Shown here in pieces: positions 9,801-21,800 of a DNA stretch of 23,026 bases. The notes under the pieces were generated by a model, which made no database searches, had not been told where the DNA came from, and saw nothing but the letters and a program-made list of their open reading frames with translations. Both the position numbers and the translations under genes were made by a program. The first letter of the stretch is position 1. Every line of letters begins with the position of its first letter. The DNA is from Caecitellus pseudoparvulus (Eukaryota; Protista; Bigyra: Bicosoecida): NCBI GenBank assembly GCA_965644315.1, contig CBFFRQ010000172.1:1-23026 (forward strand). Direction: 5' to 3'.

Positions 9801-12800
9801 AATCCTGTCCGCCACCCACTGACCAGGGTTAAACGCTTGGATGGCGGCCACAGCAGAGCGAACGCCTCTTGAGATTGTGCCAAGGAATCCGGCCACTCCT
9901 TGCACGAAGTCAGCTGCTCGGCGAATCCCACCAACAATAGTATCAGCGAAGTCAAGAGCAGCACCTGAGACGACGGCCAGGAAGTTTCCGCTTGCCAGTG
10001 CCCGAGCACCGCTACCCGGGCCTTGGAGTGTGAACAGAGCAAGTGCTGATTGCACTGGCTCCTTGGCCGCTGAAATCAACGACGTCGCCCGGTTGAGGCT
10101 GGACAAAAGGCCAGATCCTGAAGAATCCATGTGCGCCTTGAATGTGCCCACTGCTCGGACGCCTTCTTGCAGTGCTCGAGATTCGACCAAGACAGTTTGC
10201 AAGGTGTCTTTCAGAAGGTCGCGGATGCACGGAGAGCCGGGGACACACTCCTGCAAGTCGAAGGAAGCCACGAGCGCAGGCAAACGCTGGCGCAGTGCAC
10301 GGAGCGCAGCCACGCTGTCGCTTGACGAGGCCAAACCAGCCTTGAGAGCCTTCGTTGTCGCAAAGAGTGGCGCTGCAGACGCAGCTTCGTCCGCGAGCTC
10401 AGTGGGAAGTCCAGCCAAGGCAACGACAGCGTCACCCACGTCGACCAAGGTGGACTTCACGACAGCCCTGGAAGCGATAAACTCTATCGCACTGTCAGCC
10501 CCAGCACGGATGCGCTGTAGCGTTTGCGCAGCGTTGGCAACAAGACTGAATACGCTGCTGAACCCAGACAAAATGGAGCGAATGACTTTCTCTGCCAGTT
10601 GACTAGCCAAGGCCTTGCCGCCATCCACCAGGCGAAGCAGCGTATCTGGGACGAAGTTAGCAAACTCATCAGCTCTACTGCGAAGGATGGACGTCCAACT
10701 GCTCAATAGGCCATCAAGTTTCTCCAACAGCAGGGTCACAATGTCCCCAAGAGCACCGACAAGCCCCCCAGAGCTCACGATCTTTTGGGCCACAGTCTGA
10801 ATCTTCAGGGCAAAGGACACCACGTTCTGGGCCGCGGTGCCGACTTTGAACAGCGCGCCGCCTCCGCCCCTCATGATGCTTCCGATGGGGCCAGGGGTGG
10901 TCTGTCCCATGCTGAGCACAGTGCGGCCGACTTTGGTCACAGTCTTGATGATTGGTGACGCCTTGCTGGCGATCTTGTCTGTCACATTTGCCACTACGCC
11001 AACAACATGTTCCACTTTCTGCATGGTGGGGCTGCCGCTCACAAGCACATCCAAGCGCTGCAGCAACTGGCCCGATAAACTGCGGAGCTGCTGCATGCCC
11101 TGGTCCACTACACCGTCCACTTCTTCCACCAACCTCGCCGCCAGCTCTTGCAGCACAACCCTCAGGTCCTCTGCGGCGTTTGCAAGCAGGTCTCCAACAT
11201 TGTCCACCATGCGGTTGATCTGCAGCATGACCTTTTGGGTAAGGAAGTCTTCAATTTCCTGGGAACTATCCAACACGTCTAGAACCTGGCCTGCCATGTC
11301 CAGATAGCCCTGGGCTTCGTCGACCACCCGGGCAATGGCAGCGTCGGCAGCTGCCCCAATTCCGTTCAGGGAGCCAGTCCACGTCGCAACACTGGTTTGC
11401 AGGGATGGGAGAGAGCCACCCAGAGCCTGACCAAGCAACGTAAGTGTGGGTTCAGTGACCAGGACAGCATCGGCCACTCGCAGAAGGGGCCCAGGAGGAG
11501 GAAGCCGCTCATCAATGCTCTGAATGAGAGCATCCAGCACTTTGACCAGGTCAGTTTTCAGTACACGGGTTGCGTTGGCGTTGTCCGAGAGAACGCGCTT
11601 CACGGCAGACTTGCCTGCTGCCAGCTGCGTGCTCACAGGAGCGCCAATAGACCCTAGCCTGCCAACTTGCACCATGTCCTCCGAGGCTTCCTTCATAGAC
11701 AGTACGACGCGCAGCACAGCAGCGGTACGGGAGCTTGGCTGGAATGCAGGTGATGCCTTGAGCGAGGCAAGTTGACCAAGGAGAACTGGCAGGAGCGCGG
11801 TGTGGCCAGCCGACAGCTCCAACACGCTATCCATCAGTGCCGCCAAGTCTTCATGAGCGGCAGCTAGAAGCACTTTCGATTCTTCAGGTGACAAAGCCAA
11901 CGAGCCATCGCTGTCCAGGAGGCTCTGCAAGTCCACGATGCGGTCTGCGAAGCCTCGCAGCTGTCGTTGGTCTCCAGCACTCACCCCGGGTGTGCCAGCT
12001 GCTGCTCGAGCTGCGAGCTCCAGTGCCTCAAGGTCTAACCCTGGCGAAGAGGCCATGCTGTCAGCGGAAGCAGACTCAATGGTACCCACAAGGGTACCCG
12101 CTGCACCGTCCAATGCAGCATTCCAAGCTGCAAGGCGCTCAGAAGTGCTGTCTTGTCGACGTTTTAGACTTTGGAGGCCAGAGGCAACGGAGCTCAACGC
12201 AAGTGACGCTGGGAGTACGTTGGACGTGATGGTCCCAGCCCTGCCTAGTATTTGGCTTGTAAGTGCTCCGATACGTAAAGCCTGCAGTTCAAGTTCAACC
12301 TGGTCAAACTGCTCTGCACCTATGCCAAGCCCCCTTGCAAGCGGTCTCACGCTTTGAATGGAGCGCTGGGCAGCATCAGTTGCCCCAGCAAGACGGCGCA
12401 GTCGGCTCTCAGGCATCCAAGCCAGTGGAACTACAGTGCGACCGACCGTTTCTGCCACCAAACGAAGACTTTCACTCGCACTTGTGAGTCTGCTGCGAGC
12501 CGGCGTGCTTTCCGGCGCTTGCTGTGCAGCAGAGTGCAGCGCACCCCCGAATAACAGGAGAGCCTTGGCTTGGGGTGCGGCCACGGCGTCGACAGGGGCT
12601 GGGACGCTTGCCGCAAGCAACGTTGTCAGGACCGTGATTCTGCTGGCTGGGGAGGTGGTCGCGGATGTCTCAAGAAGGTCAACAGACGAGGCCTGATGTG
12701 CATGTCGCGCCACAGCTCCGGCCAACGCCTGGGTGACGCGGAGCGATTCTCCAGCATGGTGCAGCACAATGCCCGCGCCCACCGCTGCAAGAGCATCGCG

Positions 12801-15800
12801 AATGCCGTCACGGTCAGGGTATGCACCTGAGCTTGCCACAAGGCTGATGAGTCCAGCATCAGCTGTCAAGTCGTCGCATCCGGACAAGCCATGCACAAGG
12901 TCTAAATCAACTTCTGACATCGCGAGGCTGGCGCTGGACCCCATGCCTTGACGACCGTGAAGTGTGCCCTTTGCCCATAGCGAGAAGATCTGGCTTGCAA
13001 GGGTGCCCGCCGTGGCACTGGCTCCCGCAAGTTGGGCACTGGAGAGAGTCCACGTGCAAGGTTGGGAGCAGATCTCAGTAGAGGAAGGCAGTCTTGCGAG
13101 TGCATCCAACAACGCAGGGTATGCTGAAGTAGTGCCATGAGCCACGAGGTTGCCCAGTTCTGCAAGTGCACTGCACGACCCGACGTCCCTGTTAAAGTTG
13201 AGAGCAGACCTTTTCCAAACTGCCTCACGCGATACTGAGCCTAGGTTTTGAGAGTGTAGCTGCCGTGCCAACAACGCTGCCGCCTGAGAGCTTCTGAAGT
13301 GGAGTGAAGCCGCAGCAGTGTGAACAGACGAGGCCTCCAGCTGCATCCTGCAACGGCGGGAGGCATTCATGACGGATTCTGCTTCGCGCACCAGGCTGAA
13401 GCCTGCTGCACCCCGCTCAATTGCTGTCTGCAGCGATTCCGCGAGAGCATGAGTAGTCTCACAAATGCTGCACTCAAGTGGGCCAGACACACACAGGGAG
13501 TTCAAAGCAGCTGCCTGCTCTGCTGTGGCATTCAAGAAAGACGCAGCATTAGCTTCAAGGGAAACCGCCTGCTCTGCATGCTGCTGTGCCAACGACGCGA
13601 GCGTTTGGGCCAGCAGCAGAGAGAGTTCCTGGGTTTCCTGGTGATCAGACAAGGCATCCTTCAATGTGTGCGCTAGGAGCAGGTCCTGCTGTGCCGTCTG
13701 CAGCGAGCTGAACGTGCTGGCTGCAGTTTGGATGGCTGCCATGGCAAGGTCGGCGTTTGGAACCACTGCCGTCGATGCGCCCATGAGTAGCAAGGCAGCT
13801 GCTTCCTGTTCGGCATTTGTGCCACTGGCAAAGCCTTGCGCGGGCAGGTTCAGCACAGTAGGAGCAAATGCAGCCAAGGCTGACACAAGGCTAAGGCTTG
13901 TGTTTTTAGTCAACGCCCGAGTACACCGAGCTGCCGCATCAATGACAGGCTGGGGCAACTCCGTTGTGTTGTCGCTGGCCGACAGCAGCCCATCACAAGC
14001 AGATCTCACAGAGGATACCAAAGAAATACCGAGGCGCGCGTGAAGCAGTGACGTAGCCTCAGACACTGATGACACCAGTGCTGTTTCAGTCTGAGCAGCA
14101 GCGCCAGAAAGCTCTTCCAGTAGTTGCTGCACCTGATCCAGCACAGGACTGTCTCCAGCAGGCTGCATGGAACCGCCCCCCTGCAGGCTCGCAAAGGACT
14201 GGCGCAAGATATCCATAGAAGCTGCGTGCCCACCTGCCGCTCGTTCATGCGCTTGGGCCAACGCAGTGACAAGGACCCACGCGCCGGCGGATGCACTGGA
14301 AGACGGCGTACCAGCCGAAGACAGAGCGGAAACTAATTGTTGCCGAAGTACAGGTGCAGGCAGGCACTGCGGGCATGGGATGCCGTGGCTAGCCAGGACG
14401 ATCGACGCCGATGCCTGCTGGTCGGCAAGGAATGCTGACATGATGCGGATGCCCTGGTGTACCTGTGCAGCCAGCACTGGCGCGGCAGTGCCCCACTGGT
14501 CAACACACCTGGCTTGCTTCCAGACAGACCCTTGGAGGGCTGACACTGCAGCCATCTCGTCCGAGTCAATGACCATGTGTTGTGATGCTACGGTCGCCAG
14601 GCCACACAGCTCGCTCGATGGCGCAGCAAAGGCTTGCAGCCCAGCAAGTCTGTGCAGGGGCTCTGCCGGGGGAAGAATAGCCTCAATGGAAACCGCACCC
14701 TTGACCGGCAAGGCAGACCATGTAGATCGCACTGCAGCTTGGAAAGCAGTTCTGGAGAAAGGGGTTTGGTGCAACGCCGAACGGGCGGCGGTGGCAACTG
14801 CCACAGACATAGACAAGGGAAGTTGTTGCAAGGCAGCGACAAGGAAGGCTGTGTCGCGACACATGGAAGGCAAATCAGCGTGGGCCGGATTGGCGGTAGG
14901 TTCGAAAACTCGGCTGCACAACTGTGTGTGTGCAGCTCCCAAGGTCTGGACATAGGACACGGGTAATGCAAGAAGCGACTTGGAGTGGGACTGCAGGGTT
15001 TCCAACGCAGTCACAAGGGTCACCAACGGCTGTTGCACCTGCTCAGCTTCAGAGTTGAACGCCACTCCCTGTAGCGCATTCAGAATGGACTCAGCCAGGA
15101 CCAACATGCCGTGGACAGACCAAGACTGTTCATCCAATTCTGAGGTGAGGGCTTCGTACACCGCATTTGGGAGGGCAACAGGGTCTCCTGCCCAAGTTGC
15201 AGCGACCGCTCCAGAGACTTTCGTTGCTGCTACCAGCTCACCGGCTTGCAGCACCCAGGCAGCTACATTTGAAGTTGTTGGGCATGCTGTGGTTCCGGTG
15301 CATAAGCTTGCCAGCCTGGTACACGTGCTGAATGAAAGAGAGTCACTAGCGACCGCGCGGGCAGGGGCAAGTGCGAACGCGTCCACACTCCTTGCAGCTG
15401 CGAGCATAGCAGGAAAGATGCGTGCCTTTTGACCCAAAGAGTAGCTAGCAACCGCAGCGTGGATCGCCTGCAACCCAGCTGTCGTGTTGGACGGCACTTG
15501 CGGGAGTGAGGGGGACACTGCCCATGACGGCTGAGCCTGGCCGAAGCCGGGGCCTGTGGGTTCCACGGACACTTCCAGTCCCAGCAAAGGGGCCACCTGC
15601 TGCAGCAGCCCCTTTCGCAGGTCAACTGACACATCAAACACTTGGCACGAATCTGATACACAAATTTCCACCGTCTCAAGAACTGCACCAGAGCCCGTGG
15701 CCAGCATTTCACGGGAACCGCCACGGACAGAGCGGAACACCTCCCCAAGTGTGACGCACTCTACGCACATCACATGCAACGTAGTGGTTGAAGGGCACAC

Positions 15801-18800
15801 AAAGCCGTTGCAAGGCGCGTGCAAACCAAAGACTGGGCCAAGGCTGCCCTGTAAATGACCATGGGAGTGCTTAGGCAGAACAACAGTTCGAGATGGGGTG
15901 GACGCGGATGGACTGGCAGTCAGCAGCCCTGCAGCCTGAGCAGTTCCAAGCGACATATGCAGAAGCTGGGAAACATTGACCCCAACTGCATACTGTACCC
16001 CGCTTAGTTGCGCCTGCAGGTGTGCCCAAGGGACGAACAAGTCAGATTCACTTGCCATGCTCACTTGCGCTATGCTACTTGCAACGGTCTGCAGTAAGTG
16101 AACGTCGGCTGCAGCGATTCCAAGCATGGGTGATGTCGCACCACCATGCAGCTGCAATGTGCCTCTCGCGAAAGAATTCAAACTCTGTGCCATGCCCAAA
16201 GCATCGTCCAATGTAGCCGCGAGACTCGAGGCTGTGACGGGTCGAACTCTGATGCCAGCGGGGTCAACGGTGGTGGTTGCTCGCGCAGCTTGTCGAACAC
16301 GAGATGCCAGTGGCAACACAGCAACGTGATCCACCATTGCTACAGACACAGCTTGAAAAGTCTCTGATACCCCTGCAAACCATCTGAGCACCAAGAAATC
16401 CAATGCCATCTCAAGGGTGGGGCGGTCACACGTGGAGCAGGAGGTTATGAGCAACTGAATGGCTTCGGCTGCCACGGGCAGTCCCGAGCCGGACTCCACA
16501 GCTTGTGACACCTGCCGACGCAATAGAGACTGATGCCCCGGAGACACTGGCAGGTCATCCATGGCATCGGCCGCCCAGGCTGCGAGAGGCAGCAAGCATG
16601 CGCTTGCCTTGACAAGGGGCGGGGCCGCTGTGAGCCAAGACTTGAGTTGGGCATCAACATCAGGAGCGCTTATGGCACTTGTTGGTGCCGTCGGATCTGC
16701 TAGCGTCGCAAATAGCGCCGTGCTCAGGCTCTCCAAAGAGGGAAGGCCGGCGGCCACTGAGGCTGCACCACCTGGCAGTCCCTTCCCATCTGGCAACACC
16801 CGCGAAGTAGAGCAGGGGGAGAGTGCTGAGAGGGCCTGCAAGGCAACCAGGACTTTAGCTTGCTGTTCTGATGTGGAAAGCCGGGCAACCTTCTGCCCCA
16901 ACGATGCGGCCTCGCACGAAACACCTGCTACAGCGTGCACCTGCCCGCTCTGCAGGTGACCCTCAGCTCGAGAGAGCAGCAATGCAGCCCGAACTAAGGT
17001 GCTCTTGCAGCTGCCGTCTACGCACGCGGATGCTGAAAGTGGTGAATCTAAAAGGGATGCAAGTGCCGCAGAAATGTGCAAAGATGCGCCAGCAGCCTTG
17101 GACAGGGCAGCCGTTGTCAGGAAAGTTGCCGGGAAGGCAGAAGCACATGTGAGGCCGTTCACAAGTCTTAATAGTTTCCCTACTTTCTGAACATCACAAG
17201 ATGCGCCATGGCCATTGACAGCGCCACACTCCGCCGCGCCCTTTGACACTTCTGCCTGTACGGAAAAAGGGGGCACCGTGTCGAAGCTTCGAGACACGTT
17301 CATGGCCGCCCCCGAGACAACCTCACACTGCATGGAATCAGTGGGAAATTCTTGAGCAGACCACAGGAGTTCTGTCGAGTTAACAATGCTGCAAGCATCA
17401 CCCAGCTGCAGTTTTCGCAACGAATTCGTGAGGCTCTCACGGCTCGCTGATGGCAGACACTCCGCTTCGTTACGTATCAAGTCCCCAAGAAATGCAAGCG
17501 CAGCTGATTGAAGGCTTGTTGTCGGTTGTGTGCCGTGCACCAGTGCATGGAAGGCTGTGGCCCCAGCTAGCTGCAGAGCTGCCTCCTCGGCGAACGGCGA
17601 GGCGCCCACAAGGGGACGAGTCACAGCCGCTCCCTGCATCGTCATTGCTGGCAAGGCGTACAAAGAAAGAACATCGTCTGATGGCCCCGAGCAGCCGGAC
17701 GCCGCCAAGTGAGCCAGGAAGGCTGCCAAGCTCGCCTGCTGGGCTGACCTAGGACACGGCGACCCATCACAAAAAGACACCTCGCTCTGAAGACGCAACA
17801 GTTCGGGGACAGCTGGGTTGTGACCGCGCGTAACTGCAGACATGGCAGCCATGCATGTGCCTCCCTGGGGCAAGTGCAAGCTAGCATCTGCTGCAGTAGA
17901 GGACAATGCATGCAGGCGAATGCCAACGCCAAACAGCACATTAATACTGCCATCCGTGGACAACAGGTCCTCCGCCACCGCCTTCACAGCCCGTGAAGTC
18001 TGGGGTGACAGGCCTGCCGCCCAAGCAATTATGTCACTCGGTAGGGAGGCCCCTCCGAACACAGTAGCAAGATCAGTTAAGGCTGCTGCAGCATTAACAG
18101 CAGCTTTTCCTGCCTTTTGGAGGGGAAGGTAAGCCGCCTGTTGCAGGACACTCTCGCTCACGCCAGCGGAGCAAGGCCCCTCGCACTGAACAACCACGCC
18201 AATCTCTAGTTGGGCAGCTGAAAGCAAACTCACAGAGGTATCAAACAGAGGAATTAAGCTTGGAACTCCTTCAGGCATTGTTTCTGCTGCCGCGCTTTGG
18301 GACAGGCCAACGAGTCCTCGGACTGCCGCAGTAAGCGACCCATGCAGGCTGGACATGCGCTGATTGATGTCAGCGGATGACAGTGCTTGAGCAGATTCCT
18401 TGACAAATGGCTGGCGAGCGGCTGATATCAATAGGTCGCCAAAACTTTGGGCAGCTGTTGAAAACTCCACTGGCCCAACTGGACCACGGGTGACGGCACC
18501 AGCGAGCGAGTGTGCCACGCTATCAGCCCCAACAGCTGCGCCCAACTCGACAAGGCCCTCTGCCACTGCTAAACTTGATTGTGTCAGCCATGTGTCTGAA
18601 AGGGCTGTCAGGGACATGTTGCCCCCGACTGTCCCACCACGAAGGGCCTTCAGCACCAAGTCGCCCGCAGGCACGCTGTGCGACGTGAGGCCGGCACGTG
18701 TCACGTCTACATCAAGGCTTGACAAGCTCAGCAGGCGCTTCTGAGCAGCCTCCGCTGCCGCCAATGTTTGCGTGGAACGATCCAGGTTAAGGGCGGACCG

Positions 18801-21800
18801 GGCTGCGACCAAATCTGCGACTGTGTGCAGTGCCCGTGCGGACACCAGCCCCTCTGTCGAAAGTGAAGCAGCTTCGTTCCACCACGCTTCAACGCGGAAG
18901 GCGTCCATACCATCTGATGCAGCAGAAGCGAGGGCATCTATTGCAACAGCCGACGCATTGGTCGCGATGCAGGACAGTAACGAGTCACAGGATGCTGCTC
19001 CTGGCCAAACTCTGTCGACCTCTGCCCACACAGAGGCCAGTGAGGACTGCACACGCTCAGGCAAGCTTGCGACTCTGTCATCTGTCTGAGCTGTGTGCAG
19101 GAGCAAAGCAAGTCTTTCCCCAGAGCCAGGGATGGACACGTCGGTGCCATGTGCAGCCAGATCTTGCACGACAGCACTGCCATGTACTTCCAGAACGGAG
19201 AGGAGCCAAACGTTCTCACGAACCGCATGGAGCGCCCCCAGAGACGTTTGGTTCACGATGCCTGCCGCGGACTCCACCGCTACCTGCAATGCATCCAAAG
19301 ATGCCACGGGTACTTCTGTGAGTGCTGAGGATGACGCAAGCAGTGGTGAACTGCTTGCTGTGTGGAGGGTTGACAGTGCCTTGTAGGCATCATGCACGTG
19401 CCAGTAGTCCATGCCGAAGCAAGCATCCTCAGCTGTACAGGGAGAAAGAGGGGCCAACACGCCTCCAAGAGGGGGGGCGCTCTGTGACCAAGCTGCAATC
19501 TGAGACAACGCTCCGGATGGAAGAGCGTCAAGCTTCCAGTCTGACAGCCAGCTTTCGAGGGCACTTTCCACAACATGCAGGTGCCCCTCTGCAAGCAAGT
19601 CCTGCAGGGAACCCCGCTGGCCATCATCGGCATTAAACACCGCGGACATGGCCAGAACAAGGTGTTGCTGCTCTGTGGCCATAGAGCAGTAGTGCAGCAA
19701 GTTCGCCAGTTGAGTCCTGAAAGCACAAGCAGCTACGGCAAGGTCAAAAGGGCTGACAGGTTCGGAGGAGCAGGCCGCCAACGTCATGATGTCTGCCTCA
19801 CTTGTCTCCGCCACCGAGCACACTGACTGCGCCAACTCCGAAAGACGGGTGAAGTTTGCCTCGGTCACATTTAGCTGTGCTCGAAGCTGTGCCTGGGCGC
19901 TGCTCAGAGCACTATCAATAGCCACAGCCACATCTATTGCTTCATCAGCTGCCACTGACTCAGCGGCCAACGCGCTCCAGGACGCCTGGAACGCTGACAT
20001 GCTTCCTCCCACACTGGGCAGCGAAATAACCGTTGAGAGCCCGAACAGCGCACTATCCAAAAATGCTGTCCCCACTGCAGTCTCAAAGGCTGTCCATGCG
20101 TCGGTTGCGTTCGCATCCGACACTTCTTTAGCGCGCAGCAGTGCTTCGGACCCGAACTGGGTCAGCGTAATGGTTGGCGAAAGGACTGAAGCAAGTGCAG
20201 GCAATTCTTCATCGGACGGAGAAAATCCCGCCTGGAAAAGTGCGGCATCATTCACGGAATTCTGACCCCAATCGGAGGGCGCGGTGTGGTCAACCGAGCC
20301 GTCAACCTGGACGGACAAAGCACCAAGTCCTCCTGCGTAGAGACAAGCCAGAATGGAACAAAAACCATTGCTCGGAAAGCTCTCCTTGCTGCAATGGCCA
20401 GCCCAGGGCGAAAGGCTTGCAGCAGCTGGGCGCAAGAGAGTGACGTTGCCCGTGCTCCATGACTCGTGAGCAGTTTTGACAGCGGTATAGTGCTCAGCGG
20501 CAGCAATGACATGGGAGTGTGCGTCTTCAAGGATTGGAGAGGAGGCACCAGCACATAGTAGGAGAGTATCTTCCATGCTGATCGGTGAGCCCGACCAGTT
20601 TCCAGAGCTGTGGGCGAGCATAGCCGTCGAGCGATCTATCCAGCTTGAGCCTGACACAGACAAAGACTTCAAGGACGCAGAATGGGCCTGTTTCAGTGGG
20701 GCAAAGGATGACAGCAAGGAGGGTGGGATGTGACTTGCTGCGAGTGCTGCACCTGCCAAAGTTGGAGCGGATTCCGTAGCTGTCATCCAAGAAGCCAGAT
20801 GCGACACGAAGGAAAGTAGGCTTCCTTGCGAGACGTCAGCAGAAACAAAAGGGAGAGCCACCTCAAGTGCAGATTGCAGCGTACTGGCCACTAGGGAGCA
20901 CCCAGGTACACCAGCTACCGTAGCCAGTGCAGCCTCGCACGAAAGTGCGCTCGCAATTACAGTTTCGTTGGCGGCCGAGTTCAGCGCCAAGCATGGCGCA
21001 AGCAAGGTACCGCCTGAACCGCTCCCCGCCAGAGCAAGCCCGCACTGGGCGGCAGCATCGGAGGTTCCAGGTATTGTCGTGTTCAGTGCACCCGAGAAAC
21101 CAACTTCCCAAGCCAAGTCAAGGATGTCATCTGGCAAGGGGCTGCTGTCGTTCACCCAGCGCAGCAAAGCGTGGGGGGCAAACTGGCCGGCGCTGGCAAA
21201 AGTGGCAATTGTTTGCTCAACTGTGAGATCTGGGTCATTCAGAGCATCCGCTTCGTCATTCCCGTCCAGAACAAGGCGAAGCCCAACCAGGGAAGCATGG
21301 GCTGTGAACAGCAGACGTGCTGCGGAGCCGCAGGCCGGCACCACGCAGGTAGATTCCAAGGCTTGGGCCAGTTGCCAGGCATCACCTGGCGCTCTGGCAA
21401 ACTTTTGGAACCGACTCTCGGTAGTTACAGCCTTTGCCATAGCTTCCTGTTCGGCACTAGTCCAGCTCTCAGGCAGCAGCTCAAGCGCTTGCGTGCAGAC
21501 AACCCTTGCAGCGCTCATCAGATCCTGAGCGCGAGGGCCGACTCGGGAAGCCGCTTGAGCAGCTCCTTCAATGAGGCGCGACACAGCACCAGGCACGGCA
21601 CGCAAGACAGCTTCTCCAGAAGCCACGGCCACTTCGGCAGACTCCATGGCTGCCGCAAGTGCTGTGGAAGAGCTCGATACAGGCAAGGCGTTCAAAAGAG
21701 CAGTTTGAAAGGCAAGGAACAACACAGCCCTTGTTTCGTTCTGCGCGCTAGTACCCTGTGCAAAATCTTCAAAGGCAGCGCCGCCCACAGAAGCTGCGGC

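Noticed and set aside
17281-17292. 12-bp palindrome tcgaagcttcga
   Set aside because: It is short, lies inside coding sequence and has no terminator or element context.
13801-21456. 15-nt exact repeat gcttcctgttcggca at 13801 and 21442 (AEQEA)
   Set aside because: It is isolated, the flanks do not align, and it is within chance expectation for 23 kb of compositionally biased coding DNA.
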